Source: an uncultured virus (IMG/VR IMGVR_UViG_3300042901_000675) (Duplodnaviria; Heunggongvirae; Uroviricota; Caudoviricetes). Taken from it: 64,000 bases of DNA. The stretch's first letter is position 1. Each line of letters starts with the position of its first letter. The stretch lies in IMG/VR virus record IMGVR_UViG_3300042901_000675. One strand, given 5' to 3'. The position numbers and the translations under genes were made by a program. This document shows, one piece after another, positions 17,196 to 27,440 of the stretch. The notes beneath the pieces were generated by a model, which saw nothing but the letters and a program-made list of their open reading frames with translations, had not been told where the DNA came from and did not search any database.

Positions 17196-17839
17196 GTTAA
17201 AAATCCATTTACCTCCTTATCACCATCTTCCGTTTTGATAATTAAAAACAAATCAGGCTGGGTCTTTAAAAATTCTTCAAATTTAGGAAGAACGGTCATA
17301 GGTAAATTATCTAAAATTAATTTAATTTCTTCTGTAACATATTTACTAACATGAAAGATCTCACCATTAAATATAACTTTTTTAATACATGCTTGAATTA
17401 CATCTTCTTTATTCAGTGTATTTAATTTTAATAAATCTTTTATCGTTGGTGTTTCTAATACTAAATTAACATTATTAGTTAACTCTATAGTTTGCGATGA
17501 TATACTATTTTTTCCATATATCTCAGAAATAGAAACTTGAATTCGTTCTTTATTATGAATCAAATTTAATTGTTCATCTACACTCTTTGATCTTATTTGT
17601 AAAAAAAGAAATTCAGCATCTGCCATACACAATTCTAAAACATTAATATCTTTAACATTAGTTTTTAAAATATCAACTAAACTAGTTAATGCCAATTTTC
17701 TATTTTCTTCTTGTAAGATAATAGAGATATTTTTTGCATCCTTTACTCTGAATGGAACAAACGAAACAGTTTGTTTCGAGAAAGGAAGAGTAGTCTGATA
17801 TTTTGGTAAAAGACTTTCCAACGAATTAAGTATATCCAT
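17177..17839 (-). CDS. gp26: Baseplate hub assembly/tail chaperone (gp26-like)
   Basis: LPKYQTTLP...PFRVKD...DAEFLFLQIRSKSVDE, C-terminal GFLTFF. Confidence 0.8.
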   Translation of the reverse strand: MDILNSLESLLPKYQTTLPFSKQTVSFVPFRVKDAKNISIILQEENRKLALTSLVDILKTNVKDINVLELCMADAEFLFLQIRSKSVDEQLNLIHNKERIQVSISEIYGKNSISSQTIELTNNVNLVLETPTIKDLLKLNTLNKEDVIQACIKKVIFNGEIFHVSKYVTEEIKLILDNLPMTVLPKFEEFLKTQPDLFLIIKTEDGDKEVNGFLTFFTYR

Positions 17840-17840
17840 A

Positions 17841-18428
17841 TTATGTACCTGGTTTAAAAGTGAAATCTCTGAACATCATCAACACTTGATATGTCATATA
17901 ATCATTAGTCTTCATCATACTCAATTCAATTGGTAAACATTCAATAGGATATATTTCAAAAAATGTATATATTCTATTAATATTACCGTTAGGATCAAGT
18001 ATATTAATTTTCATTTGTGTTTTTGCAATTATATCATCATAGTATGAAAGTTGAAAAGGTGTTTTGTATGTACCTCTTTGTCTTCCTCCCGAGTAAATTA
18101 AATTAAACCATGTATCATAAAAATCTGTAATAAAATGATCATTGGTTACAGCAAAAGTTAACATAATTCCTTGAGGAAATTTTTGAGATCTAGGAACGCT
18201 TCTACCCAAACCATATCCTGCAAGATTGTCTGCTACAGAATCAATAGCTCTTGCACCAATCATTACTCCGATTGGTTGAAAGTCATTGGCTGGTACTAAT
18301 CCACTTAATGCTGGTGGCAGTCCATTAAAGGACATAGAAAATCTATTAGGTCTCTGTAGTCCTTTGTGTCTATCAAAAAAGTCTTTGATTGCTGTGATTG
18401 AATTAGTTTGATTTGGTGGTATTGCCAT
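17841..18428 (-). CDS. Tail-tube-fold baseplate protein (gp54-like)
   Basis: GLQRPNRF, FYDTWFNLI, YYDDI, YTFFEIYPI; lies between gp4 and gp26. Confidence 0.7.
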   Translation of the reverse strand: MAIPPNQTNSITAIKDFFDRHKGLQRPNRFSMSFNGLPPALSGLVPANDFQPIGVMIGARAIDSVADNLAGYGLGRSVPRSQKFPQGIMLTFAVTNDHFITDFYDTWFNLIYSGGRQRGTYKTPFQLSYYDDIIAKTQMKINILDPNGNINRIYTFFEIYPIECLPIELSMMKTNDYMTYQVLMMFRDFTFKPGT

Positions 18429-18840
18429 TTGAAAAAAGTTCTTTTTCTGTTATTATTTTAAAAACCATATTATTCTTATCACAATACGACTTAGCTGCGT
18501 TCCATTTACAATTATTTACGATCCAAGTAAACTTCTCTTTTTTAGAAGCATTTTCCTTTATCATGGTTTGTTTTTTGGGTTTTACTTCAACCATCCAATT
18601 TTGTAAACCATTTGTGTTCTGAAACTGTATTAAAAAATCTGGATAGTAATTGTGCATCTTTTTATCAATAGGACTCATATATGGAATGGCAATTTCTTCA
18701 GATGACCATTTTAATATACTTGAGTGTTCATCACAGAATACACATACATTTCTTTCCCACATAGATCTACAGACAATTTTGGATACATCTCCTGCGTATT
18801 TTCTTGGATTTTTAGGATTAAAAATTGTTCTGTACGCCAT
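18403..18840 (-). CDS. gp4: Head completion nuclease (TnsA-like)
   Basis: PKNPRKYAGD, RSMWE, WSSEEIAIPY, YYPDF, VEVKP, KWNAA, IITE. Confidence 0.93.
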   Translation of the reverse strand: MAYRTIFNPKNPRKYAGDVSKIVCRSMWERNVCVFCDEHSSILKWSSEEIAIPYMSPIDKKMHNYYPDFLIQFQNTNGLQNWMVEVKPKKQTMIKENASKKEKFTWIVNNCKWNAAKSYCDKNNMVFKIITEKELFSNGNTTKSN

Positions 18841-18875
18841 TATAATATTTAGTTAAATTATCTAAATATTATTAC

Positions 18876-19697
18876 ATGGCACAATATAACTTTAGATATC
18901 CATATGGCTTGGCTCAAGCAGAACAACCTCTTTGGTTGAATTTTTATGCTGCTAATTATTCATTAAAAAATAATGAACGTACCAGAGCAGGGGTTATAAA
19001 CAGAGCATTTGCCCAAATTTCATTACCTATGCCAAAAGAACCTGGATATCAAGTTGCTCACGAATACGGTGAAAGCAATAACAATCCAGTTGGACCTATG
19101 ATCAATAGATCTGGGCTAGCGAACAGCGGTGGAGGAATGAAAGGGGCAATCAATCTATTAAAAAGAAATATACAACCAGCAACCTTTTATTGGGAAAGAA
19201 TGTTTGCAACCTCTACTTATAGACGTTTCAGCAATATTGCTGAAGCAACAATGGTATCTGAAGGACGTAAAAAATACTTTTTTCAATATGTTTTTGTTCC
19301 AAAAAATGCTGCAGAAAGTATTCAAATTGAAGAAATTATTGGAACTTTTAGAAAATCATCTTATCCAGCCGTAGCCACCGGTTTACCCGAACGGTCATAC
19401 CCTCAAAATCTATGGGCATTAAAAATATCCAAAGGTAATGGTGTTGCATTAGGTGGTGAACAAAACTTAACAGCAAACTGGATGGGAGAACCTTTAGTTT
19501 GTGTTTTAGAAACTGTCAAGGTTCAAAAGAATGATGAAATTGATCCGGTTATCAGATATCTACCAAATGGCGCATCATCTATTACTTTATTAGGGTTGCT
19601 TTTTAGTGAATTTGAAACTGGTACATATGTCCCAGAAGCAAATTCTGTTTGGTCTAAATCAGAAATCTCAAATTATTATTTTGGTCCATCCGCATGA
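18876..19697 (+). CDS. gp48: Baseplate tail-tube cap (gp48-like)
   Basis: YP...ISLPMP, RKKYFFQYVFVPKNAAES..I..FR..YP, LLFSEFE; divergent from gp4 and before gp53. Confidence 0.75.
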   Translation: MAQYNFRYPYGLAQAEQPLWLNFYAANYSLKNNERTRAGVINRAFAQISLPMPKEPGYQVAHEYGESNNNPVGPMINRSGLANSGGGMKGAINLLKRNIQPATFYWERMFATSTYRRFSNIAEATMVSEGRKKYFFQYVFVPKNAAESIQIEEIIGTFRKSSYPAVATGLPERSYPQNLWALKISKGNGVALGGEQNLTANWMGEPLVCVLETVKVQKNDEIDPVIRYLPNGASSITLLGLLFSEFETGTYVPEANSVWSKSEISNYYFGPSA

Positions 19698-20551
19698 AAT
19701 TCTTTGAAAATTTACCAAAAACTTCGTTTGAAACTACAATTGGTACATTTAGTATCTCTGATTTTTTTACATATCTTGATGTAGAAAATGCTCCAATACA
19801 AGAGAGTAATATATCAATAGATAGTAAAACTACTCTATTAGAGGCTGCTGCTACTACATATCAAGATCCAGATAGTTTCTGGGCAATTGTTGCTGCAAAT
19901 AATGTAATTAATCCATTTACATTAGTTGAGAGTAATGTTAATATTTTTACAAATGATAATAAAAATAATCAGTGTTTTGTTTTAACTAGTCAAGCATATT
20001 TTCTTCCTGCAGCCAATGGATTTACCGCCGCACCTATCGGTAGTTTAATATTTCCTTATTTATCAGATAATTTAGCCCCACCCTACTCCTTTGCATCTAC
20101 GGGTTATTATGATATGAATGGACCTATGGCGGTAATAGTTGATTCATCGTTTTATGATCTAACGACTACAGTAAGTATAGTAAAAGGAGGAAATAATTTT
20201 TTATCTACACTTACTGCTGCACCTCTTACAGTAATTCCTTTAAAATCGGATGGAAGTTATGGGGAACCTTTTTTTAGATTTATGAGAAGTTTACAAACAT
20301 CAAACAATAAAGTTATTAAACAAGTTAATTCTACTGATGGAAAAACAATATATAAAAATACTAGAGATTTTAATACAGCACCAACATTAGATACTATTCT
20401 ACCACAATCAACTCCACTAAATGGTGTTACTGCATATACAACATATACTGCACAACAAGAAATTACAATTGCTTCTAAGAATATTCAAGCATACGTACCA
20501 AAACAACTTGGTTTAATTCAATCTTCATTTGTTACTACTAAGTATAATTGA
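19694..20551 (+). CDS. gp53: Baseplate wedge protein (gp53-like)
   Basis: MKFFENLP, LysM-like AATTYQDPDSFWAIVAANNVINPF. Confidence 0.75.
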   Translation: MKFFENLPKTSFETTIGTFSISDFFTYLDVENAPIQESNISIDSKTTLLEAAATTYQDPDSFWAIVAANNVINPFTLVESNVNIFTNDNKNNQCFVLTSQAYFLPAANGFTAAPIGSLIFPYLSDNLAPPYSFASTGYYDMNGPMAVIVDSSFYDLTTTVSIVKGGNNFLSTLTAAPLTVIPLKSDGSYGEPFFRFMRSLQTSNNKVIKQVNSTDGKTIYKNTRDFNTAPTLDTILPQSTPLNGVTAYTTYTAQQEITIASKNIQAYVPKQLGLIQSSFVTTKYN

Positions 20552-20557
20552 TATCTT

Positions 20558-22540
20558 ATGCCAAATACACAATCACAGTTTAATCCAGCATATTCTACTA
20601 TTAAATCAGTTTTTGTTGGTGGTTTAGAAATAAACAAACAAAATACAGAATGTCGGTTTGAAAGAATAGAAATTGTTGAAAACATAACAGAAGTTTTACC
20701 ACGTGGAACGGTAGTTGTTACAGATTTAAAAGATATTGTTAGTTATGTTAGCAACAACAAAATTGATAAAGTTATTATTGAATTTTTTGATGGTAAAAAA
20801 TGGGATTGTGATGTTACTAGCGTTTCTTATGTTAATAATGCAGGATCAGATAGTGATGATACAATAGTTGCTATCAATTTTACAAATCATTATTATAAAT
20901 ATTTTTCTACAAATTCATTAAATGCACTTTTACAGTTTAAGAAACCTAAAGTGTTTCATGTAAATGAACTAGTAGAACAATTAAGATTTACGTTTGGAGT
21001 AATACCTGGGTCTGGTTGGAATGATTCTGCCTCAAATTATTTTTTATATAAACCATTGTCTCCATATAATTCTGGTGAAGAAACTATTCCAGATAATGCA
21101 ATTGAGTTATTTAATTATCTTTCAACCGGTGCTGTTGATGAATTCGGTGAACCTAATTTTATATTTTGGACTGGTATGGCTGGTGATGTTAATTTTAAAT
21201 CATTTAAACGAAACATTGAAGCTGATGCATCATATGCATCTATGGATGCTGATGTAAGAAATGTTGGTATATTCAAAGGTGATGCAGTTATTCAAAAATT
21301 GTCTGATAAAAAACAATATAGAAAAGCTTATTTCTTTGCGTCTAATCCAGCATATCAATGGATTTCTAAAAACTATTACTATATTAGAAAAACACCAAAA
21401 TACTTAGATAGTCTTCCTGAAATTACTATTCCTGATGGTTTAAGTGAAGAAGAACAAGAAACAGCAAAAGTTGATGCAGCGAATACTACACAAAATACAG
21501 CATTAAAAAATCTTACCTTTCAATTTCAAGATGATGGACAAAAATATAATATTGATGTTGTAACTGTGTCTGGGCGAGGAACAGACGCACCACAAGGTGG
21601 CGATCAACTAATTCCAGAAAACTCATGGGGATATTATGATGGACAAGTTCCCAGTAATGCTAAATCTATTACTAATACCATCTATAATCAATATGGTGTT
21701 GAAAGCAATTATAAATCATTAAGTTTAATGGGTCTGGATGGATTTATGCCGTTCCTGGATAGTCCAGATATGTGGAAAAATATGTTTGATGTTACTCCTA
21801 TTCATCCGGATTATCCTGATAGTATAGACGCAGATCCCGCTAACATTGTTTCTGGTGTAGACACAAAGTTACAAAAGGTAATGGATATTAGATATGATAT
21901 ATTTTCTGGTGGAGCGTCTGGAGCATCTGCCGCGGCTGGTAGACTAGAAAAAATTAGAGAAATTGAAGCACAGAACTTTGTAATGTATTCATTGTGCTGT
22001 ATGGGAAAACAAGAAAATTGTTTCTTTGCGGCTCTTCAACGATATGAACCAGATAATACTTATTATGGAGTAACATGTGCCCCAGATCCAACCTTACCAG
22101 GTTCTGCTAAATTTTACAGATATAAATGGAATAAAATATTATTTGAACCGGGACATGAAGGTGTAACTTGTGGAACGTGTGGTAGTTCTGGTGCATCTGG
22201 TGCGTCTAGTGGAAATGGCATATCTGGGTGTACAACCTATAGTCATCAATTAGAAAAATGGTGTTTAGATCCTAGCACAAAATCTAGTCCCACCCAAGAT
22301 GATACTTGGGCAATCAATTTAAATGAAAGAGGTTTGTCTGGGGCGTATTTACCACCTGGATGGGTTAGTCCAACATCAGCTTCATTTAAATTCAGACCAA
22401 TTGGTGCAAATACAAGTTCTGCTATCGGTGTTAGTGGTGGTAATATAAATCATATTGCTAGAGTTTGTATTGAACAAATTGATGCAAAAACAAGAGTAAC
22501 TTATTTTTGGATTGAAAATGTCTTGGATGGACTCTGTTAA
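20558..22540 (+). CDS. Baseplate hub protein, N-terminal part (gp27-like) with Cys/Gly-rich extension
   Basis: IEIVENITEVLPRGTVVVTD and NFIFW..FKS resemble hub N-terminal motifs; follows gp53. Confidence 0.55.
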   Translation: MPNTQSQFNPAYSTIKSVFVGGLEINKQNTECRFERIEIVENITEVLPRGTVVVTDLKDIVSYVSNNKIDKVIIEFFDGKKWDCDVTSVSYVNNAGSDSDDTIVAINFTNHYYKYFSTNSLNALLQFKKPKVFHVNELVEQLRFTFGVIPGSGWNDSASNYFLYKPLSPYNSGEETIPDNAIELFNYLSTGAVDEFGEPNFIFWTGMAGDVNFKSFKRNIEADASYASMDADVRNVGIFKGDAVIQKLSDKKQYRKAYFFASNPAYQWISKNYYYIRKTPKYLDSLPEITIPDGLSEEEQETAKVDAANTTQNTALKNLTFQFQDDGQKYNIDVVTVSGRGTDAPQGGDQLIPENSWGYYDGQVPSNAKSITNTIYNQYGVESNYKSLSLMGLDGFMPFLDSPDMWKNMFDVTPIHPDYPDSIDADPANIVSGVDTKLQKVMDIRYDIFSGGASGASAAAGRLEKIREIEAQNFVMYSLCCMGKQENCFFAALQRYEPDNTYYGVTCAPDPTLPGSAKFYRYKWNKILFEPGHEGVTCGTCGSSGASGASSGNGISGCTTYSHQLEKWCLDPSTKSSPTQDDTWAINLNERGLSGAYLPPGWVSPTSASFKFRPIGANTSSAIGVSGGNINHIARVCIEQIDAKTRVTYFWIENVLDGLC

Positions 22541-22554
22541 AATTAGGATATTCG

Positions 22555-23355
22555 ATGTCATCAAAACAAATATACACATACGGTACTAATCAAGGGCAAG
22601 AATCATTTTATCCAGTTATAAGTCGTGATTCTTATGAATGTGCCAATTCGTCTATTACTAGAGGCGTTACAAGTACTCCTGGATCTATAGAAGAATGTTT
22701 TCAAAGTTTTCCTGGAGTTAAAGAGATTGCAGAAGCAATTGGATTCTATAAAGCACCAGTAGAAGAGTCTGAAGGTGTTTCTGGAAGTTCCGGTGGTATA
22801 TCATTGTGGGAAGGTCCAACTGGATGTCCACCGGTACTGAATAGGTTAAATTCATCAATACCTGTAGATATATATTTTGATACATCTAATGAAGAATGCG
22901 ATAAAATTAATAGTACAGAAGGATTGGGTGACAAATGGTTGGGTTGTCTTTGGGGAACGCCTTCTGCACCATATAGTTGTACTTGCCCAGATATAGGACC
23001 TAAGTATGAAGCGTATATCAAACTTCGATTAAATGTAGCATCTTTCTGGAATACTCCTGTTGAAACACCAGTAAAACGAGCAGAATTTACAGATGCATTG
23101 CAGTATGGAAGAAAAGTAGATGTAACTATTCCTGGTGATTTTAATTTAAAAGTTGGGCAGACAATTCGTTTAAATTCTAATGGTATCAGTGGATATCCAT
23201 ATGCATCAAAAAATGCTGTATTAAATACTGTTTATTATATTACGGGAATTAAACATGTAGTTACCAGTTCTGGGACACACGAATCTGCATTAGCTTTAAC
23301 GACAATTGCTGGCGATTACACCGGGATAACAATGAATGTCCCAATTTACCCATGA
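22555..23355 (+). CDS. Baseplate hub protein, C-terminal part (gp27-like)
   Basis: VTIPGDFNLKVGQTI...YYITGIKHVV...LAL is the typical hub C-terminal barrel; Cys-rich N-terminus; own AGGA RBS. Confidence 0.6.
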   Translation: MSSKQIYTYGTNQGQESFYPVISRDSYECANSSITRGVTSTPGSIEECFQSFPGVKEIAEAIGFYKAPVEESEGVSGSSGGISLWEGPTGCPPVLNRLNSSIPVDIYFDTSNEECDKINSTEGLGDKWLGCLWGTPSAPYSCTCPDIGPKYEAYIKLRLNVASFWNTPVETPVKRAEFTDALQYGRKVDVTIPGDFNLKVGQTIRLNSNGISGYPYASKNAVLNTVYYITGIKHVVTSSGTHESALALTTIAGDYTGITMNVPIYP

Positions 23356-23368
23356 TATAAATATTCTA

Positions 23369-23749
23369 ATGGCTATCAAAGATTTTTCAATATTATTTGA
23401 AAAGATAAATTCTTCATCTACTAAAAAAGACATAGGTCTAGTTAGTGGGTTTAATGCATATTCACAATATATTGAAAATGTGTGCAAAACTCAAAAAGGA
23501 GAATTGGTATCTGATATCAATCTTGGCTCTGATTATTTTAGTTATATTTTTGATGGACAGTCAAATATTGGGCTTTTAGAAACTAATATGGCAGCATATA
23601 TTAATTCTGCTATACCATCTTTAACCGATGTTAAAGTAAATGTACAATATGCATCAGATACAGTATTTCAATTTTTAATTTACTTTTCAACTTCTGATGG
23701 CATCGTAAAACAATCAAACACCTCTACATTTATTGAAGTCGAACTATAA
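23369..23749 (+). CDS. gp25: Baseplate wedge/sheath initiator
   Basis: KDFSILF, IENVCKTQKGE...LGSD; directly before gp6. Start re-called after TATAAATA. Confidence 0.75.
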   Translation: MAIKDFSILFEKINSSSTKKDIGLVSGFNAYSQYIENVCKTQKGELVSDINLGSDYFSYIFDGQSNIGLLETNMAAYINSAIPSLTDVKVNVQYASDTVFQFLIYFSTSDGIVKQSNTSTFIEVEL

Positions 23750-24828
23750 TGACATACCAACTAAAAAACCTCAATGTTGCCTCTTTAGATTTTAGTGAAA
23801 TTAAATCATCACTTACATCATTTTTTAATAATCAATCAGAATTAAAGGATATTGATTTTGCAAATAATGCTAGTACGGCAAATTTAATATTAAATATTCT
23901 TTCTACAGTTACTGCATATAACGGAATATATGCTCAATATGGTTATGTAAATTCATTTGCTACCACGACAACTTTATTACCAAGTATTTTAGGTATTGCT
24001 GCTAACAATTCAGTACTCATCGCTCCATCACAAAGTGCTACATGTACCAGAACTGTAACTGCTGCTGGTGCAACGTTATATCCATATACTACATTTAAAG
24101 CAAAAACAACAACCGGAGCCGATACTTTCTTTTTCAATATAGGTACAGTAAATTCTGGTGTAAGTAAATCCTTAAAATTATATTCTGGATCAGAAGTTGT
24201 GTCTTATACGAATTATGATTATGCCACACAATCGTGTGAACTCCCATATACAGTTGATCCAGATACAATTTCTTTTTATGAAAATGCAAATGGTTCTGCT
24301 ACATACTCAGAATGGACTCGAGTAGATAAAAGTTCTACAGGGATGGTTGGAAATAATAAAACATTTACAGTAATCAATGGTCCCAAGGGATTTATTGTTA
24401 CAAATAATTTTGTATCTGCTCAAGAAATACAAACTTCAAATTCAGTATTAATTAAAGCAATTACATCAAACGGAACATCTGGCAATAATGCTGCTATAAC
24501 TGCAAGATCTGATGTTACGTTTGTAACAAATGCAATTCCTTCTGGTGGGTATAGTCAAATTTCTGTTACAGAAGCTAGATGTAGGCTTTTATTTAAAGCA
24601 ACTGGACAAGATAGATGTGTAACAATTAATGATTATATTAATGCTATTTTAGGTTCGGGGATTTCTGGCACATCAGATTCTTCACTTATAACTGTAGCAA
24701 ACCATTGCTGTATTCCAGGAACAGTTCAAATTTATGTAAATGGTCTTTCTTCTACTAATCAAACACTATTACTAGCATATTTAAATGCTAGATGTGTAGC
24801 TGGTATAAATTTGGTGTATCAATTATGA
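23749..24828 (+). CDS. gp6: Baseplate wedge protein (short gp6-like, 359 aa)
   Basis: VASLDFSEIKSSL..F, DIDF, GQDRCVTINDY, PGTVQIYV. Confidence 0.85.
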   Translation: MTYQLKNLNVASLDFSEIKSSLTSFFNNQSELKDIDFANNASTANLILNILSTVTAYNGIYAQYGYVNSFATTTTLLPSILGIAANNSVLIAPSQSATCTRTVTAAGATLYPYTTFKAKTTTGADTFFFNIGTVNSGVSKSLKLYSGSEVVSYTNYDYATQSCELPYTVDPDTISFYENANGSATYSEWTRVDKSSTGMVGNNKTFTVINGPKGFIVTNNFVSAQEIQTSNSVLIKAITSNGTSGNNAAITARSDVTFVTNAIPSGGYSQISVTEARCRLLFKATGQDRCVTINDYINAILGSGISGTSDSSLITVANHCCIPGTVQIYVNGLSSTNQTLLLAYLNARCVAGINLVYQL

Positions 24829-25460
24829 TCTTTTTTCTTAAAGAACAACCTGTTTCTTATGAGGTAAAAAACGCAATTACTACTGCAAGAGCCAGTAGTC
24901 TTTATGGGAGTGATTTTTATAACCGAAATAATTCTAAATGGTTGGGTGATAATCTTACAGTAGACTCTTTATTTCCACAGTGGATTCTTAAAGCATATGA
25001 ATCCGATCCAAATAATGTTGCTATTGTTCCAATAATTAAAAATTATTTAAGATGGTTATTAAGTCAGGAATATGGATATGGTGCTCAATTAAATTGGGAA
25101 AATATTAGAGTTCCATTGTTTATGAATTCACTATTTTTAGAAGCAGTTGCAGATTTTTATTTTCCAAATGCTGATTTTTCTCAATCTCATTTGCGTTCAA
25201 TACTTCCAAATATAAGAAGATTTTTAATTAAATCAGATTCAAATTATTTTGATATTAAAGGTACACCACCTGCAATCAAATATTTGATATGTTCACTACT
25301 TGGATTTTCAATAAGTGATGTTGTAGTTACCACATCTAATTTTACCAATATAGATATTAAAGTAACTAGTTCTTTGCTTTTAGATATAGAAAAGTTTAAA
25401 CCATTTATTGCTTCATATGTTGTTCCTGCTGGTATGGCTGTTAATTATACAACTTTATAA
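24825..25460 (+). CDS. Baseplate wedge protein (short gp7/P2 gpI-like)
   Basis: SLFPQWI, YLRWL, KGTPPAIKYL, VVPAGM; ATGA overlap with gp6. Confidence 0.6.
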   Translation: MIFFLKEQPVSYEVKNAITTARASSLYGSDFYNRNNSKWLGDNLTVDSLFPQWILKAYESDPNNVAIVPIIKNYLRWLLSQEYGYGAQLNWENIRVPLFMNSLFLEAVADFYFPNADFSQSHLRSILPNIRRFLIKSDSNYFDIKGTPPAIKYLICSLLGFSISDVVVTTSNFTNIDIKVTSSLLLDIEKFKPFIASYVVPAGMAVNYTTL

Positions 25461-25464
25461 GATT

Positions 25465-25917
25465 ATGTTTCAAAAAATGATGATGTTTGCTGCTTCTCTA
25501 GCATCTAGAGGACTTGGCAACAAAAAAACCGATATTCAAACAAAACAACTTAGAGTTCTATCTTGTTTTGGTGGAAGCAGTATAAACACACCATGTGTCT
25601 TTTTAAAGACTAGTTCAGTTGACCCAACCAAGAGTTACTGTGGTGGATGTGGTTGTGGAGATAAACCACATACATGGTTAATTCAAAGTTCGGATGATTA
25701 TTCAAAATTAGATTATCCTGTTTTGAATTGCCCAATGAAAATGCCTGGATTTAGTGATTATGATCCAAACTTTAAACCGATAGAAGTCAAATTACGAAAA
25801 GAAATGATCGAAGCCATAGATCCAAACGAATTACAATTTATTCAGGTAACGATAGGCTCAAGTGAAGAAAAAGAAAATTTAATAGATAAAATAAATAAAA
25901 TTGTTGAGAATTCATAA
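25465..25917 (+). CDS. Cys-motif protein, probable paralogue of 10597-11271
   Basis: RVLSC...PC...YCGGCGC...SKLDYPVLNCPMK; start re-called at MFQK. Confidence 0.65.
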   Translation: MFQKMMMFAASLASRGLGNKKTDIQTKQLRVLSCFGGSSINTPCVFLKTSSVDPTKSYCGGCGCGDKPHTWLIQSSDDYSKLDYPVLNCPMKMPGFSDYDPNFKPIEVKLRKEMIEAIDPNELQFIQVTIGSSEEKENLIDKINKIVENS

Positions 25918-25925
25918 ATATTTCT

Positions 25926-26756
25926 ATGGCAATTACAACTCGACAAGAATTCATTGATTTTACCTATAGACGACTCGGTGCTCCAGTAATTCAAATTAAT
26001 ATTGATTCTGAGCAAGCTGAAGATCGTTTAGATGAATCATTAGAATATATGCATGAACGTCATTTTGATTTTAATGAGCGTGCACAGTTTGTCGTACCAA
26101 TTACCGCTAATATTATAGCAAACAAATATTTTGATGTTAGCACCTTTGGTTATAGTATTGGTGCTCAAGCCGTTACGTCTTCCACTACAGGAGTAACATC
26201 ATTTTGGCCAGCCGCTGCAGATATTAGAACTATTTCGAAGGTATATAGTCCAGGATCTGTTGTTGGTGATTATATGTTTGATCTAAGATATCAAATGACT
26301 TTATTTGACTTCTTTGGTTTATATTTTAATCAGAGTGGTTATTCCCAGGGTCCTATGGGTTTATATATGGAAGCAATGACATATATTTCTATGATAAATG
26401 ATGTATTTAATTACCCTTCTTCATTTACGTATACCAAAACTACTGATCGTTTGTTTTTAGAAAATGAATGGGATAAGGTTAGAACAAATTCATATGTTAT
26501 GGTAGAAGCATACGTACAAGTAAATCCAGATTATTATCCAAAAATATGGAGTGATCGTATTTTCCAAAGACATTACGCTGCATTGTTGAAAAAACAATGG
26601 GCACAGAATCTGATGAAGTATACTGGTATGCCTCTTCCAGGTGGAGCACAACTCAATGCTCCAGCCATAATGCAAGATGCTGTACGCGAACTAGATACAA
26701 TTGAAGCAATGTTGTTAAAAACACAGGAACTACCTGTAGATCCAATGATTGGTTAA
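25926..26756 (+). CDS. gp13: Neck protein
   Basis: RRLGAPVIQINI, KKQWAQNLMKY..MPLPGGAQLN, PVDPMIG. Confidence 0.93.
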   Translation: MAITTRQEFIDFTYRRLGAPVIQINIDSEQAEDRLDESLEYMHERHFDFNERAQFVVPITANIIANKYFDVSTFGYSIGAQAVTSSTTGVTSFWPAAADIRTISKVYSPGSVVGDYMFDLRYQMTLFDFFGLYFNQSGYSQGPMGLYMEAMTYISMINDVFNYPSSFTYTKTTDRLFLENEWDKVRTNSYVMVEAYVQVNPDYYPKIWSDRIFQRHYAALLKKQWAQNLMKYTGMPLPGGAQLNAPAIMQDAVRELDTIEAMLLKTQELPVDPMIG

Positions 26757-26757
26757 T

Positions 26758-27432
26758 ATGGCTATTAATCCTTATATCAATAGTACCAAATACGGACCAG
26801 AACAAACTCTGATCGAAGATATTACTGTTGAATTAATTCAAGGAATTGGACAAGATTTGGTATATGTTCCACGTCAATATTTTCAAATAGATAAAATTTT
26901 TGGTGAGGATCCATCATCATCATTTAAAAAAGCTTACACGTTAGAGATGTTTATTCAATCATATAAGAGCTTTGATGGTACAGATGTCATTACTCAATTT
27001 GGATTAGAGATTAAAGATAAGATTACCTTAGTTTTTGCCCGTAAAAGATTTAAACAAGAAGTCACAGATATTGATTCTACTATCATTAGACCCCGCGAAG
27101 GTGATCTTATCTATCTGCCATTATCTAAATCATTGTTTGAAATTAATTTTGTTGAACATGAAAATCCTCTGTATCCATTAGGAAAATTATATTCATATCA
27201 AATAACTGCAGAACTCTTTACTTACAGTTATGAGAAAATTGATACCAATAATAATACCATTAACAATCCCTATACATCAACTAAAGGACTATCGGGATCG
27301 TTGGTAATTCCACTAAATAATATTCTTGGTACCACCTTTGGTATTAATGATGTACTACAGACTGAAGGCAATTGTTATGGATTTGATCCTAATGATCCAT
27401 TTTCAGATTGTGATGAACCGGGTAACCCATAA
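26758..27432 (+). CDS. gp14: Neck protein
   Basis: EQTLIED, YVPR, FGED, QFGLEI, RPREGDLIYLP, FEINFVEHE, ELFTYS. Confidence 0.93.
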   Translation: MAINPYINSTKYGPEQTLIEDITVELIQGIGQDLVYVPRQYFQIDKIFGEDPSSSFKKAYTLEMFIQSYKSFDGTDVITQFGLEIKDKITLVFARKRFKQEVTDIDSTIIRPREGDLIYLPLSKSLFEINFVEHENPLYPLGKLYSYQITAELFTYSYEKIDTNNNTINNPYTSTKGLSGSLVIPLNNILGTTFGINDVLQTEGNCYGFDPNDPFSDCDEPGNP

Positions 27433-27440
27433 GGATTAAT

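Noticed and set aside
18403..18840. TnsA-like nuclease as evidence of a Tn7 element
   Set aside because: Motifs and position match T4 gp4 head completion protein; no tnsB/tnsC or terminal repeats were seen.
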